A DNA stretch of 64,000 nucleotides from an uncultured virus (IMG/VR IMGVR_UViG_3300021197_001705) (lineage: Duplodnaviria > Heunggongvirae > Uroviricota > Caudoviricetes): the IMG/VR virus record IMGVR_UViG_3300021197_001705, one strand, 5' to 3'. This document shows, in pieces, positions 1 to 7,535 of this stretch. Every line of letters starts with the position of its first letter. The first letter of the stretch is position 1. The notes beneath the pieces are model-generated. The model ran no database searches. It was not told where the DNA came from and worked only from the letters and a program-made list of their open reading frames with translations. The position numbers and the translations under genes were made by a program.

Positions 1-45
1 ACGTTCTACCCAGCCTGATACGATGAATGTTGTTTGTTTTGACAT
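1..45 (-). CDS. Hypothetical protein, 5' end only (MSKQTTFIVSGWVER..., runs off the window)
   Basis: ATG at 45 follows the AAGGAGAG RBS of repeat module 1. Confidence 0.6.
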   Translation of the reverse strand, partial: MSKQTTFIVSGWVER

Positions 46-50
46 GTTCT

Positions 51-113
51 CTCCTTGGTTGGTATAAGTAATATATGCTGTTTCGGTCTGAATGGGTAGG
101 ACAATTTATGTCC
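51..113 (-). promoter_or_regulatory. Repeated promoter module 1/10 (palindrome, TACCCA-N17-TATATT, RBS)
   Basis: Minus strand GGACAtaaatTGTCC TACCCA N17 TATATT ... AAGGAG. Confidence 0.8.
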
Positions 114-396
114 GTTGTGAGATTTTCTTTGCGAAGGCTTTTGCAAAAGCATGAGCTTTCTTTCTGTTCGTGAACAGCCTATTGCTGGGTACATACTTAA
201 TGTTACCCAAGGGCATAATTCTAAGAATATCATAGTATCGAGTCCCATCGCTATGTTTCTCCGATGCTACAAAAACGCAGCCTCCATAAGGTGGGGTCTT
301 TTGGTTTCGACGACCATGCTCAGCCTGCCAAGAAAAGTAGTGCCATCCTTGTGAGCGGCTGAAAGATTTTAGTTGTTTCATGTTGCGAAAGGTCAT
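106..396 (-). CDS. Hypothetical protein (96 aa)
   Basis: ORF starts after the RBS of module 2; stop lies inside the palindrome of module 1. Confidence 0.75.
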   Translation of the reverse strand: MTFRNMKQLKSFSRSQGWHYFSWQAEHGRRNQKTPPYGGCVFVASEKHSDGTRYYDILRIMPLGNIKYVPSNRLFTNRKKAHAFAKAFAKKISQRT

Positions 397-403
397 AAGT
401 TTT

Positions 404-465
404 CTCCTTGGTTATGTATGTAATATAGCCTGCTTGCGGGTACATGGGTAGGTCAATTTTTGTCC
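404..465 (-). promoter_or_regulatory. Repeated promoter module 2/10
   Basis: GGACAaaaatTGACC TACCCA N17 TATATT ... AAGGAG. Confidence 0.8.
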
Positions 466-629
466 GGTTTTAGGTTTTCGATGAAAAACTTGCTTATCCA
501 CTCTTCTTCGCCCTCGTCTTTCCACAACGGATCATAGTTCCACACGACACACACGCTGGTTCCGTTCTCTTCTACAATAATACCCACCGCTCCTGTTGGC
601 TTATGGGTTATGAGATCACCTACTTGCAT
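453..629 (-). CDS. VGDLV-family KOW/SH3-like mini-protein (58 aa, MQVGDLITHKPTGAVGII...LKPDKN)
   Basis: Translated by hand; GGAGG RBS; family N-terminal motif; below the ORF-track cutoff. Confidence 0.8.
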   Translation of the reverse strand: MQVGDLITHKPTGAVGIIVEENGTSVCVVWNYDPLWKDEGEEEWISKFFIENLKPDKN

Positions 630-769
630 ACTACCTCCAGACTATCTGGTCTTAACCATCGGTACGCACCATTATCACAGAACATTACTTCTATCAAGTC
701 GGGCCCTATCTGAACAATGAGGCCAACCATTCCATGGTATATTTCTTTAACCAAATTACCTACTTGCAT
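620..769 (-). CDS. VGDLV-family mini-protein (49 aa, MQVGNLVKEIYHGMVGLIV...LEVVCK)
   Basis: Translated by hand; GGAGG RBS; overlaps the start of the next gene. Confidence 0.8.
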   Translation of the reverse strand: MQVGNLVKEIYHGMVGLIVQIGPDLIEVMFCDNGAYRWLRPDSLEVVCK

Positions 770-969
770 ACTGCCTCCAAAAATTGGTCGATCCACCAGT
801 CATCGGCACAAATCTCTGTCTGACAACACAACCAATAGATTTTATATTGATATGCCTGCGTTCCATCAGGCTTCGGTCTATGGTAGGGTTTCCTTTTTAC
901 GATGGTTCCGAATAATTTACCATGACTCATGTGGTATTTATCTCTTGTTACCAGATCTCCTACTTGCAT
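760..969 (-). CDS. VGDLV-family mini-protein (69 aa, MQVGDLVTRDK...LEAVCK)
   Basis: ORF track 760..1020, start moved to the ATG at 969 after GGAG. Confidence 0.8.
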   Translation of the reverse strand: MQVGDLVTRDKYHMSHGKLFGTIVKRKPYHRPKPDGTQAYQYKIYWLCCQTEICADDWWIDQFLEAVCK

Positions 970-1118
970 ACTAACTCCAGATGTTTTGCATGTATGTGAC
1001 AATTGTAACCGTTGAGCCACTCGACCCAGACATGAAAACGATAACCTTTCCTATGCTTGGTGATGAGTCCCATGTTGCCATGACTGTCTTTTACTAAATT
1101 ACCTACTTTAAAATTCAC
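960..1118 (-). CDS. VGDLV-family mini-protein (52 aa, MNFKVGNLVKDSHGNMGLI...LELVCK)
   Basis: GTG start after the RBS of module 3; translated by hand. Confidence 0.75.
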   Translation of the reverse strand: MNFKVGNLVKDSHGNMGLITKHRKGYRFHVWVEWLNGYNCHIHAKHLELVCK

Positions 1119-1123
1119 TTGAT

Positions 1124-1186
1124 CTCCCTTGCTTATGTATATAATATAGCATGGTGGGTATCACATGGGTAGGTCATTTTTTGTCC
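1124..1186 (-). promoter_or_regulatory. Repeated promoter module 3/10
   Basis: GGACAaaaaaTGACC TACCCA N17 TATATT ... AAGGGAG. Confidence 0.8.
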
Positions 1187-1389
1187 GGTTTGTATTTTTT
1201 CAATTCTCTTGGATGGAATCGCGCCCCGCCTTGGTCTTCACCACTACGGGTATCATACCACTGGGCTTTAATGGGATAGGTTGAATCATCATGGATTTCC
1301 AATATAAGACCCCAGCCACCATACCAACCGTGGTTATGGTTCCTTGCTTGCCCATAAGCTGAGAGTTGTACTAAATCTCCTATTTTCAT
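1174..1389 (-). CDS. VGDLV-family mini-protein (71 aa, MKIGDLVQLS...KPDKK)
   Basis: ORF track; family motif; stop inside module 3. Confidence 0.8.
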   Translation of the reverse strand: MKIGDLVQLSAYGQARNHNHGWYGGWGLILEIHDDSTYPIKAQWYDTRSGEDQGGARFHPRELKKYKPDKK

Positions 1390-1570
1390 TTGGCACCTCC
1401 AATAAATCTACTCTATGAAAAATAACCGTACTGCCATCTGAAAACGCGATCAGCCATGTGTTAGATGGCTTCAATGTTTGTTTCACTTTTCTGACAACTA
1501 AGCCCACCTTGCCAACGTGACCAACCATAGCGGAACTCTTATTTATCCTCACTAAGTCTCCTATCTGCAT
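1334..1570 (-). CDS. VGDLV-family mini-protein (78 aa, MQIGDLVRINK...GKVGLVV)
   Basis: ORF track; KOW-like GDxV...GKVGxV pattern. Confidence 0.8.
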   Translation of the reverse strand: MQIGDLVRINKSSAMVGHVGKVGLVVRKVKQTLKPSNTWLIAFSDGSTVIFHRVDLLEVPNENRRFSTTLSLWASKEP

Positions 1571-1737
1571 ACCGCCTCCACTTCAAACCGCTCAAACCAA
1601 TTATCATCACACATATCACATACCCAACTGACGTAGTATATGGCCCTCTTTGTGCATACATCAGGCACTGTCTTAGTTATTACACCCAATACCTCATGGG
1701 GGTCGCCTTTCAATCTTACTAAGTCTCCTACTTTCAT
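1561..1737 (-). CDS. VGDLV-family mini-protein (58 aa, MKVGDLVRLKGDPHEVLGVI...VEAVCR)
   Basis: Translated by hand; GGAGG RBS. Confidence 0.8.
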   Translation of the reverse strand: MKVGDLVRLKGDPHEVLGVITKTVPDVCTKRAIYYVSWVCDMCDDNWFERFEVEAVCR

Positions 1738-1892
1738 ACTACCTCCAAATACCTCTCAGGATAAGAACACCTGACACCGTTCATCCACTCGACAACCTTT
1801 GCTTTATCGGTTCCAGGGATACAGCGAATGATAATACCACATTGTCCTATTTTGGTTTTGCTTTTGTATCTTACTAAATCACCTACTTGCAT
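1734..1892 (-). CDS. VGDLV-family mini-protein (52 aa, MQVGDLVRYKSKTKIGQCGII...YLEVV)
   Basis: Translated by hand; ATGA overlap with the next gene. Confidence 0.8.
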   Translation of the reverse strand: MQVGDLVRYKSKTKIGQCGIIIRCIPGTDKAKVVEWMNGVRCSYPERYLEVV

Positions 1893-2056
1893 AGCACCTC
1901 CAAGTAAGAGACAGAATATAATTCCATCTTTTTGGATTCAACATTCATAACTTTAACAACATCATATTTGCCAGTTCCCATTACAATAAACAATTGACCG
2001 AGCTTTGTTTCTGGATATGAAGAATTAATGTTTTTTACTAAATCGCCTACTTTCAT
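1883..2056 (-). CDS. VGDLV-family mini-protein (57 aa, MKVGDLVKNINS...LEVLCK)
   Basis: ORF track 1883..2089, start moved to the ATG after the RBS of module 4. Confidence 0.8.
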   Translation of the reverse strand: MKVGDLVKNINSSYPETKLGQLFIVMGTGKYDVVKVMNVESKKMELYSVSYLEVLCK

Positions 2057-2061
2057 TTGTT

Positions 2062-2123
2062 CTCCTTGGTTCTGTATACAATGTATCATGGTGGGTAGGA
2101 GTTGGGTAGGACAATTTATGTCC
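2062..2123 (-). promoter_or_regulatory. Repeated promoter module 4/10
   Basis: GGACAtaaatTGTCC TACCCA N17 TACATT ... AAGGAG. Confidence 0.8.
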
Positions 2124-3013
2124 TATTTCGCCCAGCTTTGGACCATCAGACGAGCATTTGCCCAAGCTTGGATATGCATGATGATTCCACGATCTTCAAG
2201 CTGTTCTAAGCTAAGCTTCTTAGCAAGGTAATCAAAGGCATCCTTGTAAGACGTGACCCACTCTTCTGTTAGTGGCTGCGCTGACTTGCCGATCACCTTG
2301 TCTAAGGAAAATTGCTGATGATAATAGCCTGTTTCTGCGTTTCTCTTGTTGATTATTTTTGAAAGAGATGTACCGTGAAGCTTGTTTTTTAGTGAAAGAC
2401 GATGATCTTTTCCGTCAACCATGACCCTAACGTCAATATGTTGGGCATACCGCTGCCAATCCCATCCACAGTCATAAGCAGTCATAACATTTAAGCTATC
2501 CCAATTAACGGAGGTGATGAGTCCAATGTATTCAGTCTTAACATTCTTACTCCCAACCCACTGACTTCGGGAAACTTGCACCGCTGCCCCTATATCAATG
2601 CCATGCTCTTTAACGAGAATGTTGTATGCAGCCCTTCGCCAGTTCTCATTAGCTTTGTAGCACTGCTTAAGAAACTCTTCCATCTCTGAGCAGTTACGAC
2701 GAGTGTGACCAGCATCACCACAAAAACCACAGTGTCTGGTTGTCGATCTTTTAGCCTTGACCTTTTGTGCATTGCGCTGTTGAAGTTCCACAGTCTTTTT
2801 ACACTCTTCATACCAAGCACCCCAATACTTTGGATACTTTATCCAATGGGCTTGTACCTTTGAGGTCTTCAATGGTATTTGATAAGTGGTAAAGTGTGCC
2901 CAGTCTTCTGGTGCATGAGGGCAGTTGGATCTATTGTGTCCTGTGTTGCGGCAATAGCCACAAGCGTTACTGCTTCTGTTTGATGGGCTGCTCTTTTCTT
3001 CAAATATTTTCAT
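2123..3013 (-). CDS. Protein with two CCHC zinc knuckles (296 aa)
   Basis: CGYCRNTGHNRSNC and CGFCGDAGHTRRNC match CX2CX4HX4C. Confidence 0.8.
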   Translation of the reverse strand: MKIFEEKSSPSNRSSNACGYCRNTGHNRSNCPHAPEDWAHFTTYQIPLKTSKVQAHWIKYPKYWGAWYEECKKTVELQQRNAQKVKAKRSTTRHCGFCGDAGHTRRNCSEMEEFLKQCYKANENWRRAAYNILVKEHGIDIGAAVQVSRSQWVGSKNVKTEYIGLITSVNWDSLNVMTAYDCGWDWQRYAQHIDVRVMVDGKDHRLSLKNKLHGTSLSKIINKRNAETGYYHQQFSLDKVIGKSAQPLTEEWVTSYKDAFDYLAKKLSLEQLEDRGIIMHIQAWANARLMVQSWAK

Positions 3014-3019
3014 CGTGTT

Positions 3020-3081
3020 CTCCTTGGTTCTGTATACAATGTATCATGGGCAGGGGTAGATGGGTAGGTCAGAAAATGTCC
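3020..3081 (-). promoter_or_regulatory. Repeated promoter module 5/10
   Basis: GGACAttttcTGACC TACCCA N17 TACATT ... AAGGAG. Confidence 0.8.
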
Positions 3082-3084
3082 GGC

Positions 3085-3351
3085 TTAAAAATACATCTCG
3101 GAATGTAGGTTCTGGTCGAAGTTAGCCAAAACCTCTTTTAATGTTAATCCGTTTCCGCCACCCACTTCAACCCAGTCAAGTATCTCGCCCGTTGGAGAAG
3201 CAGAAAAAACCAGCGTCTCTTTTAGGGCTGTGTTCTCTGATACTATATAAAAATTTCCCTTATGGTGCACCAGCACTCTTGTTATCTTGCCATTTTTGTT
3301 TCCAAGGCCAAGTTTAAATGGCAGCGGCACCTCTTCAAATATAATATCCAT
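3085..3351 (-). CDS. Hypothetical protein (about 88 aa, MDIIFEEVPLPF...)
   Basis: 3' part of ORF 3085..3591; ATG lies just after the stop of the upstream gene. Confidence 0.65.
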   Translation of the reverse strand: MDIIFEEVPLPFKLGLGNKNGKITRVLVHHKGNFYIVSENTALKETLVFSASPTGEILDWVEVGGGNGLTLKEVLANFDQNLHSEMYF

Positions 3352-3359
3352 ATCAGTCC

Positions 3360-4064
3360 CTATTTTTTGGTCTTTGGTGTGCGATTCTTCTTTAAATCGC
3401 ATTCTAAGATATAATAAATCAACGTGCTGCCGACTGGCATAACAGAGTAAACCCTTGCGCCACCTTGCTTTGGTTTGTATTGAAGCGCAGTAGTGATGGG
3501 TTTTGCGTTTGCCTTGATGATCAAACAAGGGTGGCTGTTGAGGTTCTCGATCCCAGCTTGCTCCTCTTCGGTGCTTCTTCTTTGGCTCCATATCCGATTG
3601 ATACCAGTAGAGCGTATTTTTATCAAGTCACCTGCTGAATACAGAGGTGGTTTACTGTGGCTATCCCATACCTTATCAGCGTATTTGTTATTTATCATTT
3701 TGGAAAAAGAGTGGTACGGTGGCAAATCATTCTTGTCATTACTCTTTAATGCTATCAGTGTTTGTGTCGCTGCTCTAACGTAGTATTGTCCGGCCCCTTG
3801 GTAATATCGAGACACGACCTCCACCTTTTCCCTAAACTCCTTATCTGTGGTAAAGCGTTCAAAGTATTCATTAAAATCCACCAACGCTGCTTTACAATTA
3901 TCAAGCATAAGTTTGTTCAAGTAGTCCCATTGGCGATCTGATAGACACCCTCGGCTGTCAAGTTGCGTTTTCATATCAGCCATAACCTTTACGGATCTAA
4001 GTCTTCCCATTTGTTCTGCTCTTTCAATCGCTGCTGCGATCTCTTCTGATGTTCTTCTTCTCAT
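3360..4064 (-). CDS. Hypothetical protein (234 aa) with a C-terminal AGDLI SH3-like domain
   Basis: ORF after the RBS of module 6; YSAGDLIKIR...YYILECDLK resembles the mini-protein family. Confidence 0.75.
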   Translation of the reverse strand: MRRRTSEEIAAAIERAEQMGRLRSVKVMADMKTQLDSRGCLSDRQWDYLNKLMLDNCKAALVDFNEYFERFTTDKEFREKVEVVSRYYQGAGQYYVRAATQTLIALKSNDKNDLPPYHSFSKMINNKYADKVWDSHSKPPLYSAGDLIKIRSTGINRIWSQRRSTEEEQAGIENLNSHPCLIIKANAKPITTALQYKPKQGGARVYSVMPVGSTLIYYILECDLKKNRTPKTKK

Positions 4065-4069
4065 GGTTT

Positions 4070-4131
4070 CTCCTTGGGTCTACATATAACATAGCATGGT
4101 GGGTGCTACATGGGTAGGTCATTTTTTGTCT
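4070..4131 (-). promoter_or_regulatory. Repeated promoter module 6/10
   Basis: AGACAaaaaaTGACC TACCCA N17 TATGTT ... AAGGAG. Confidence 0.75.
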
Positions 4132-4283
4132 GGTTTTAAATGATTGGGGTGGAAAGTTTGAGAGCTTCCATCTGGAAAAGCAACCACCGATCTGCCACCC
4201 CATATCTTAATTATGATGCCAACCTCGTGATAGCCGAAGTCTCGCATCCTTTTGGTTGGTACTATTAAATCACCTACTTTCAT
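4119..4283 (-). CDS. VGDLV-family mini-protein (54 aa, MKVGDLIVPTK...LKPDKK)
   Basis: Translated by hand; stop inside module 6. Confidence 0.8.
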   Translation of the reverse strand: MKVGDLIVPTKRMRDFGYHEVGIIIKIWGGRSVVAFPDGSSQTFHPNHLKPDKK

Positions 4284-4476
4284 GCTCACCCTCTTTTGGG
4301 ATGAGATTGATTTGGGATGGATGATACGCTCCCCAATCTCCGTCGAAAAAGGTTACAAAGATGCTACATCCACTCTCCAAGCCCCAAGCATCCTCAATCT
4401 CAGTGATCACACCTATGAACCTTTCTTGGCTCGGGTGAGCGTTACGATATACCCAGACCAGATCACCTACTTGCAT
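4270..4476 (-). CDS. VGDLV-family mini-protein (68 aa, MQVGDLVWVY...)
   Basis: ORF track; GGAGG RBS. Confidence 0.8.
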   Translation of the reverse strand: MQVGDLVWVYRNAHPSQERFIGVITEIEDAWGLESGCSIFVTFFDGDWGAYHPSQINLIPKEGEHESR

Positions 4477-4637
4477 ATTACCTCCATATCCTCTTCATAT
4501 TCGCAGCACTCATAGCCACAAGGGTAGGCCACCCGAATCAAAGGCGACCCCTCGTTATAATCATTGTCGGGCAAAAACCCAATGATCATACCATAGTCCT
4601 CAAAATAAGGCACATAGACCAAATCACCCACTTTCAT
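4467..4637 (-). CDS. VGDLV-family mini-protein (56 aa, MKVGDLVYVPYFEDYGMII...MEVICK)
   Basis: Translated by hand. Confidence 0.8.
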   Translation of the reverse strand: MKVGDLVYVPYFEDYGMIIGFLPDNDYNEGSPLIRVAYPCGYECCEYEEDMEVICK

Positions 4638-4828
4638 GCAAGCACACTAACGGTCGATGCCCAAGACCACCTTGTTCCTTTTAGGGTCTTGGCTGATACG
4701 CACCTCACTTTTAGACGTTTGGGGCTGCTACGGTTGGTGCGAACAGCTACAACCACAAACTGCTCTCCTATGTAGCGATGCTTGTACCTTACTAAGTCAC
4801 CTACTTTTACTAAATCATTTATTTTCAT
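4634..4828 (-). CDS. VGDLV-family mini-protein (64 aa, MKINDLVKVGDLVRY...)
   Basis: ORF track, start moved; duplicated N-terminal motif. Confidence 0.75.
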   Translation of the reverse strand: MKINDLVKVGDLVRYKHRYIGEQFVVVAVRTNRSSPKRLKVRCVSAKTLKGTRWSWASTVSVLA

Positions 4829-5012
4829 TTTCGTTCTCCATGGCATCAAAAATGGCGGTTTCTAATATTTCTACTTCGTGAAGGTATCTTCCGGCTGCTC
4901 TTAGGTCACCTACGCTTTGGGCTTGAAAAGCCTTTTCTCGTAAAGATGCAAGCTTGTCTTTGTTCTTTTCAAGAACAGTCTTCAGTCCAAACAGTTTACG
5001 AATCCATTTCAT
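4815..5012 (-). CDS. Small helical hypothetical protein (65 aa)
   Basis: ORF track; GGAGGTG RBS. Confidence 0.75.
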   Translation of the reverse strand: MKWIRKLFGLKTVLEKNKDKLASLREKAFQAQSVGDLRAAGRYLHEVEILETAIFDAMENENENK

Positions 5013-5172
5013 TGATCACCTCCAAAAAGTAAGTTGAATGGTTGCTTACAGCACCATCGGCCCAAACGACTTCTACTTCGCCATCATCACCAAGCTCCTC
5101 TGGATCGATGCAGGTGACAACACCTACACAAAGATCATCCATATCGTATCTTACTAAGTCACCTACTTTCAT
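4996..5172 (-). CDS. VGDLV-family mini-protein (58 aa, MKVGDLVRYDMDDLCVGVV...LEVINEMDS)
   Basis: Translated by hand. Confidence 0.8.
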   Translation of the reverse strand: MKVGDLVRYDMDDLCVGVVTCIDPEELGDDGEVEVVWADGAVSNHSTYFLEVINEMDS

Positions 5173-5228
5173 TGGTCACCCCACGTTCTCCACATTCTTT
5201 CTTCTTCTTCATGTTCATTCATTTTGTT

Positions 5229-5290
5229 CTCCTTGGTTATGTATATAGTATATCACAGGCAGGGGTAGGTGGGTAGGACATTATTTGTCC
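5229..5290 (-). promoter_or_regulatory. Repeated promoter module 7/10
   Basis: GGACAaataaTGTCC TACCCA N17 TATACT ... AAGGAG. Confidence 0.8.
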
Positions 5291-5499
5291 GTTACCCAAG
5301 GGGTCAGATGCGTATAGTCACACCAACTCTCGCTCTCATGGTTCTTAACTGGTCTGACGACATATAAAGTACTACCACAGGAGATAGAAACAGGGTCTAA
5401 AACCTTTATCACAATGGCTGGATTTGGGCATTTTAACTTGCCATTCCAGCCAATGCCGACCAAGTCACCAACTTTATACTTAGCTGGTTCGTGCTTCAT
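5281..5499 (-). CDS. VGDLV-family mini-protein (72 aa, ...YKVGDLVGIG...VTDK)
   Basis: ORF track; stop inside module 7. Confidence 0.8.
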   Translation of the reverse strand: MKHEPAKYKVGDLVGIGWNGKLKCPNPAIVIKVLDPVSISCGSTLYVVRPVKNHESESWCDYTHLTPWVTDK

Positions 5500-5656
5500 T
5501 GATCACCTCCATCTCATAACTAAAAACTTCGACCAATTCAGGGTCTGTGATAATCGACACGCGCCATGAGCACTCATCAGCAAAAACCTCGCCCTTCTCC
5601 ATTACAATAGCATACTCCTTCCAATCTGGAATATAGATCAAGTCCCCGATCATCAT
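5480..5656 (-). CDS. VGDLV-family mini-protein (58 aa, MMIGDLIYIPDWKEYAIV...MEVINEARTS)
   Basis: Translated by hand; ATGA overlap with the upstream gene. Confidence 0.75.
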   Translation of the reverse strand: MMIGDLIYIPDWKEYAIVMEKGEVFADECSWRVSIITDPELVEVFSYEMEVINEARTS

Positions 5657-5823
5657 GGTCTTGTACAGAGGCCAGCCTTAATAAGCCCGCTGGCAACTCT
5701 ACCGTAATGCCCTTGGAGGGTCCAAGCATGACCTGTGTTAATAAGCTCTTGAAAGAAATCTATTACTTCATCTTCCTGCATCTCTCCATTTTCATATCGT
5801 ATTATCTTGTCAATATCAATCAT
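5653..5823 (-). CDS. Small hypothetical phage protein (56 aa, MIDIDKIIRYENGE...AWTLQGHYGR)
   Basis: 3' part of ORF 5653..5976; start follows the RBS of module 8. Confidence 0.75.
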   Translation of the reverse strand: MIDIDKIIRYENGEMQEDEVIDFFQELINTGHAWTLQGHYGRVASGLIKAGLCTRP

Positions 5824-5829
5824 CACACC

Positions 5830-5891
5830 CTCCTTGGTTGTGTTAGTATTATAACCCAGACAGGGGTGGGTAGGTAGGACATTATTTGTCC
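5830..5891 (-). promoter_or_regulatory. Repeated promoter module 8/10
   Basis: GGACAaataaTGTCC TACCTA N17 TATAAT ... AAGGAG. Confidence 0.8.
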
Positions 5892-5972
5892 GTTTTTCTC
5901 TTCGTGGTTGCTTGGACGCATACCATTCGCTACTTGCCCTTGACCGCAATATTGCTCTCCTAAGTGTCTTAC

Positions 5973-6767
5973 TCATTTATTATCCCTGTTTAGCCAGTTC
6001 TTGACAAGGGTGTCAATTGCTGCATACGCTTTGTGTTCGCGAGAAAGACTGCTAAGCACATATTCAATCTCTGAGTTTTCTTTGCTTTCCAGCCACCCAG
6101 TAGGCGGCTGCCATGGAGCACTACAAACAATATCAGTTGTTACATTGCCCCATCGTGATAAAGTTAGGCCGTTATCAACAAACGGCTGGATTTTATTGAA
6201 TGGCCAATTAACCTGCTTGTAATCCGCACAGTCTACAACAACCATGTTGGGTACGGTTCTGTATTTGTCTTGATTGGGCCAAGCAGAAAATATGTTTAGG
6301 CTGTCCATGTTAAAAGCAGTAACTATTCCCCTTAATTTATCGTCATCTGCTGCATACCACATGATTGAGGCTCTCGGAAACTCAATGAGTGACCCTATAC
6401 CTATTCCAGTCTCATTAACAAGTTCAACAAACTCTTTTTTCCAGATTTGGTTTGCTCTATATATTTTTTTTCTAAAAGACTTGTGTTTGGTACAAGTAGT
6501 TCTCCTGTGGCCTGCCTCTCTACAAAAAGAACAGCGCGAGCTTTTCTTGACATTCTTACGGTTTTTTCTTTTTTGTTTTCGGTCGGCTCTATTCTTCATT
6601 TCGTATATAGCCCGTCTTTGGGTGAGCGTTAGACTTGTTGTGTCTTGGTTGTTCTTTGCGATGGTCTGGAATACTTCCTCGACGTGGTTACAGGAGGAAA
6701 CATTGTGTCCCCTTTTGCCACAAAAGCTGCAACGTACAGTTCCTGACCCCCACTCTATGCCTATCAT
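5973..6767 (-). CDS. Protein with two CCHC zinc knuckles (264 aa), paralog of 2123..3013
   Basis: CSFCGKRGHNVSSC and CSFCREAGHRRTTC; shared ANxxW, GIxIG and DSLN blocks. Confidence 0.8.
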   Translation of the reverse strand: MIGIEWGSGTVRCSFCGKRGHNVSSCNHVEEVFQTIAKNNQDTTSLTLTQRRAIYEMKNRADRKQKRKNRKNVKKSSRCSFCREAGHRRTTCTKHKSFRKKIYRANQIWKKEFVELVNETGIGIGSLIEFPRASIMWYAADDDKLRGIVTAFNMDSLNIFSAWPNQDKYRTVPNMVVVDCADYKQVNWPFNKIQPFVDNGLTLSRWGNVTTDIVCSAPWQPPTGWLESKENSEIEYVLSSLSREHKAYAAIDTLVKNWLNRDNK

Positions 6768-7009
6768 CTCGAAACCCTAACGATTGTCAGCTTTCCTCTA
6801 AGCAAAGTTCCAGTTATCCCGTCTACTGGCGTGTGTTCGCCATCAGCAATAGCTCTGACTAAGTGCGTGACTTCATGGCCTGAGACATTGCTTAGCTTAA
6901 TGGCACCAACAAAATCATTTAGCTCACCTCTCCATATACCAGATTTATCGAGCCAATTCTGCCTGATAAAGGTTATTGCTTCTTTGATCGCTTCAAGTTT
7001 TTCATTCAT
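6764..7009 (-). CDS. Hypothetical protein (81 aa)
   Basis: ATG after the RBS of module 9. Confidence 0.7.
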   Translation of the reverse strand: MNEKLEAIKEAITFIRQNWLDKSGIWRGELNDFVGAIKLSNVSGHEVTHLVRAIADGEHTPVDGITGTLLRGKLTIVRVSR

Positions 7010-7014
7010 ACTAT

Positions 7015-7076
7015 CTCCTTGGTTGTGTACATAATATATCATGCTCGGGGGTAGGTGGGTAGGACATTAATTGTCC
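7015..7076 (-). promoter_or_regulatory. Repeated promoter module 9/10
   Basis: GGACAattaaTGTCC TACCCA N17 TATATT ... AAGGAG. Confidence 0.8.
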
Positions 7077-7249
7077 TTTTTGATTATATTCTGAAAATAG
7101 CTGTATGCTTTGGCCGCTATCTGAATGGTTTCGTACACCATCAGGGGCTGTTCTGGCCTGACTTGGATTGCATACATTCCGAGATCATAACTTGAGAGTT
7201 CTTCGTACTTACCTAAGTGTTTTTTTGTTATTTTAAATGGCCTAATCAT
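7067..7249 (-). CDS. Hypothetical protein (60 aa)
   Basis: AAGGAGA RBS; stop inside module 9. Confidence 0.7.
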   Translation of the reverse strand: MIRPFKITKKHLGKYEELSSYDLGMYAIQVRPEQPLMVYETIQIAAKAYSYFQNIIKKDN

Positions 7250-7535
7250 TGGCTTTCTCCTTTGCAAGTAAAATATACTCTATGTAGTTAGGCGGAACCG
7301 ATTTAACAACCAATCGCCAACCCATATATTTAGGCGGGAAAGGTTTTTTTAACTTAAAGAGTGATGATGTGGCGTTGTGTTCGCTCTCGATAATAGCAGT
7401 CAGGTGTGTGCTGGTGTCATCACTCTCGAAACGGACCCAAAATCGGTTATCGGTATGTTCTACCATGTCCCTCATAAGAGCCGCTTCTGCTTCCTCTTTA
7501 GGGGCCTTTTCCCCTCCAAAAAATAAACTACTCAT
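7242..7535 (-). CDS. Hypothetical protein (97 aa)
   Basis: GGAGG RBS before MSSLFF. Confidence 0.7.
   Translation of the reverse strand: MSSLFFGGEKAPKEEAEAALMRDMVEHTDNRFWVRFESDDTSTHLTAIIESEHNATSSLFKLKKPFPPKYMGWRLVVKSVPPNYIEYILLAKEKAND

Noticed and set aside
612..1903. CRISPR array (regularly recurring repeat of about 29 nt)
   Set aside because: Repeats are degenerate, the intervening units are over 100 nt and are intact ORFs, and no cas genes are present.
453..5656. Diversity-generating retroelement behind the mini-protein diversity
   Set aside because: No reverse transcriptase in the window and no template/variable repeat pair differing only at adenines; the paralogs differ at all positions and in length.
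5653..5976. Longer starts given in the ORF track for several genes (also 760..1020, 1883..2089, 3085..3591, 6764..7042, 22656..23834)
   Set aside because: The extensions run through promoter modules or upstream genes; downstream starts next to an RBS, promoter or upstream stop fit better.
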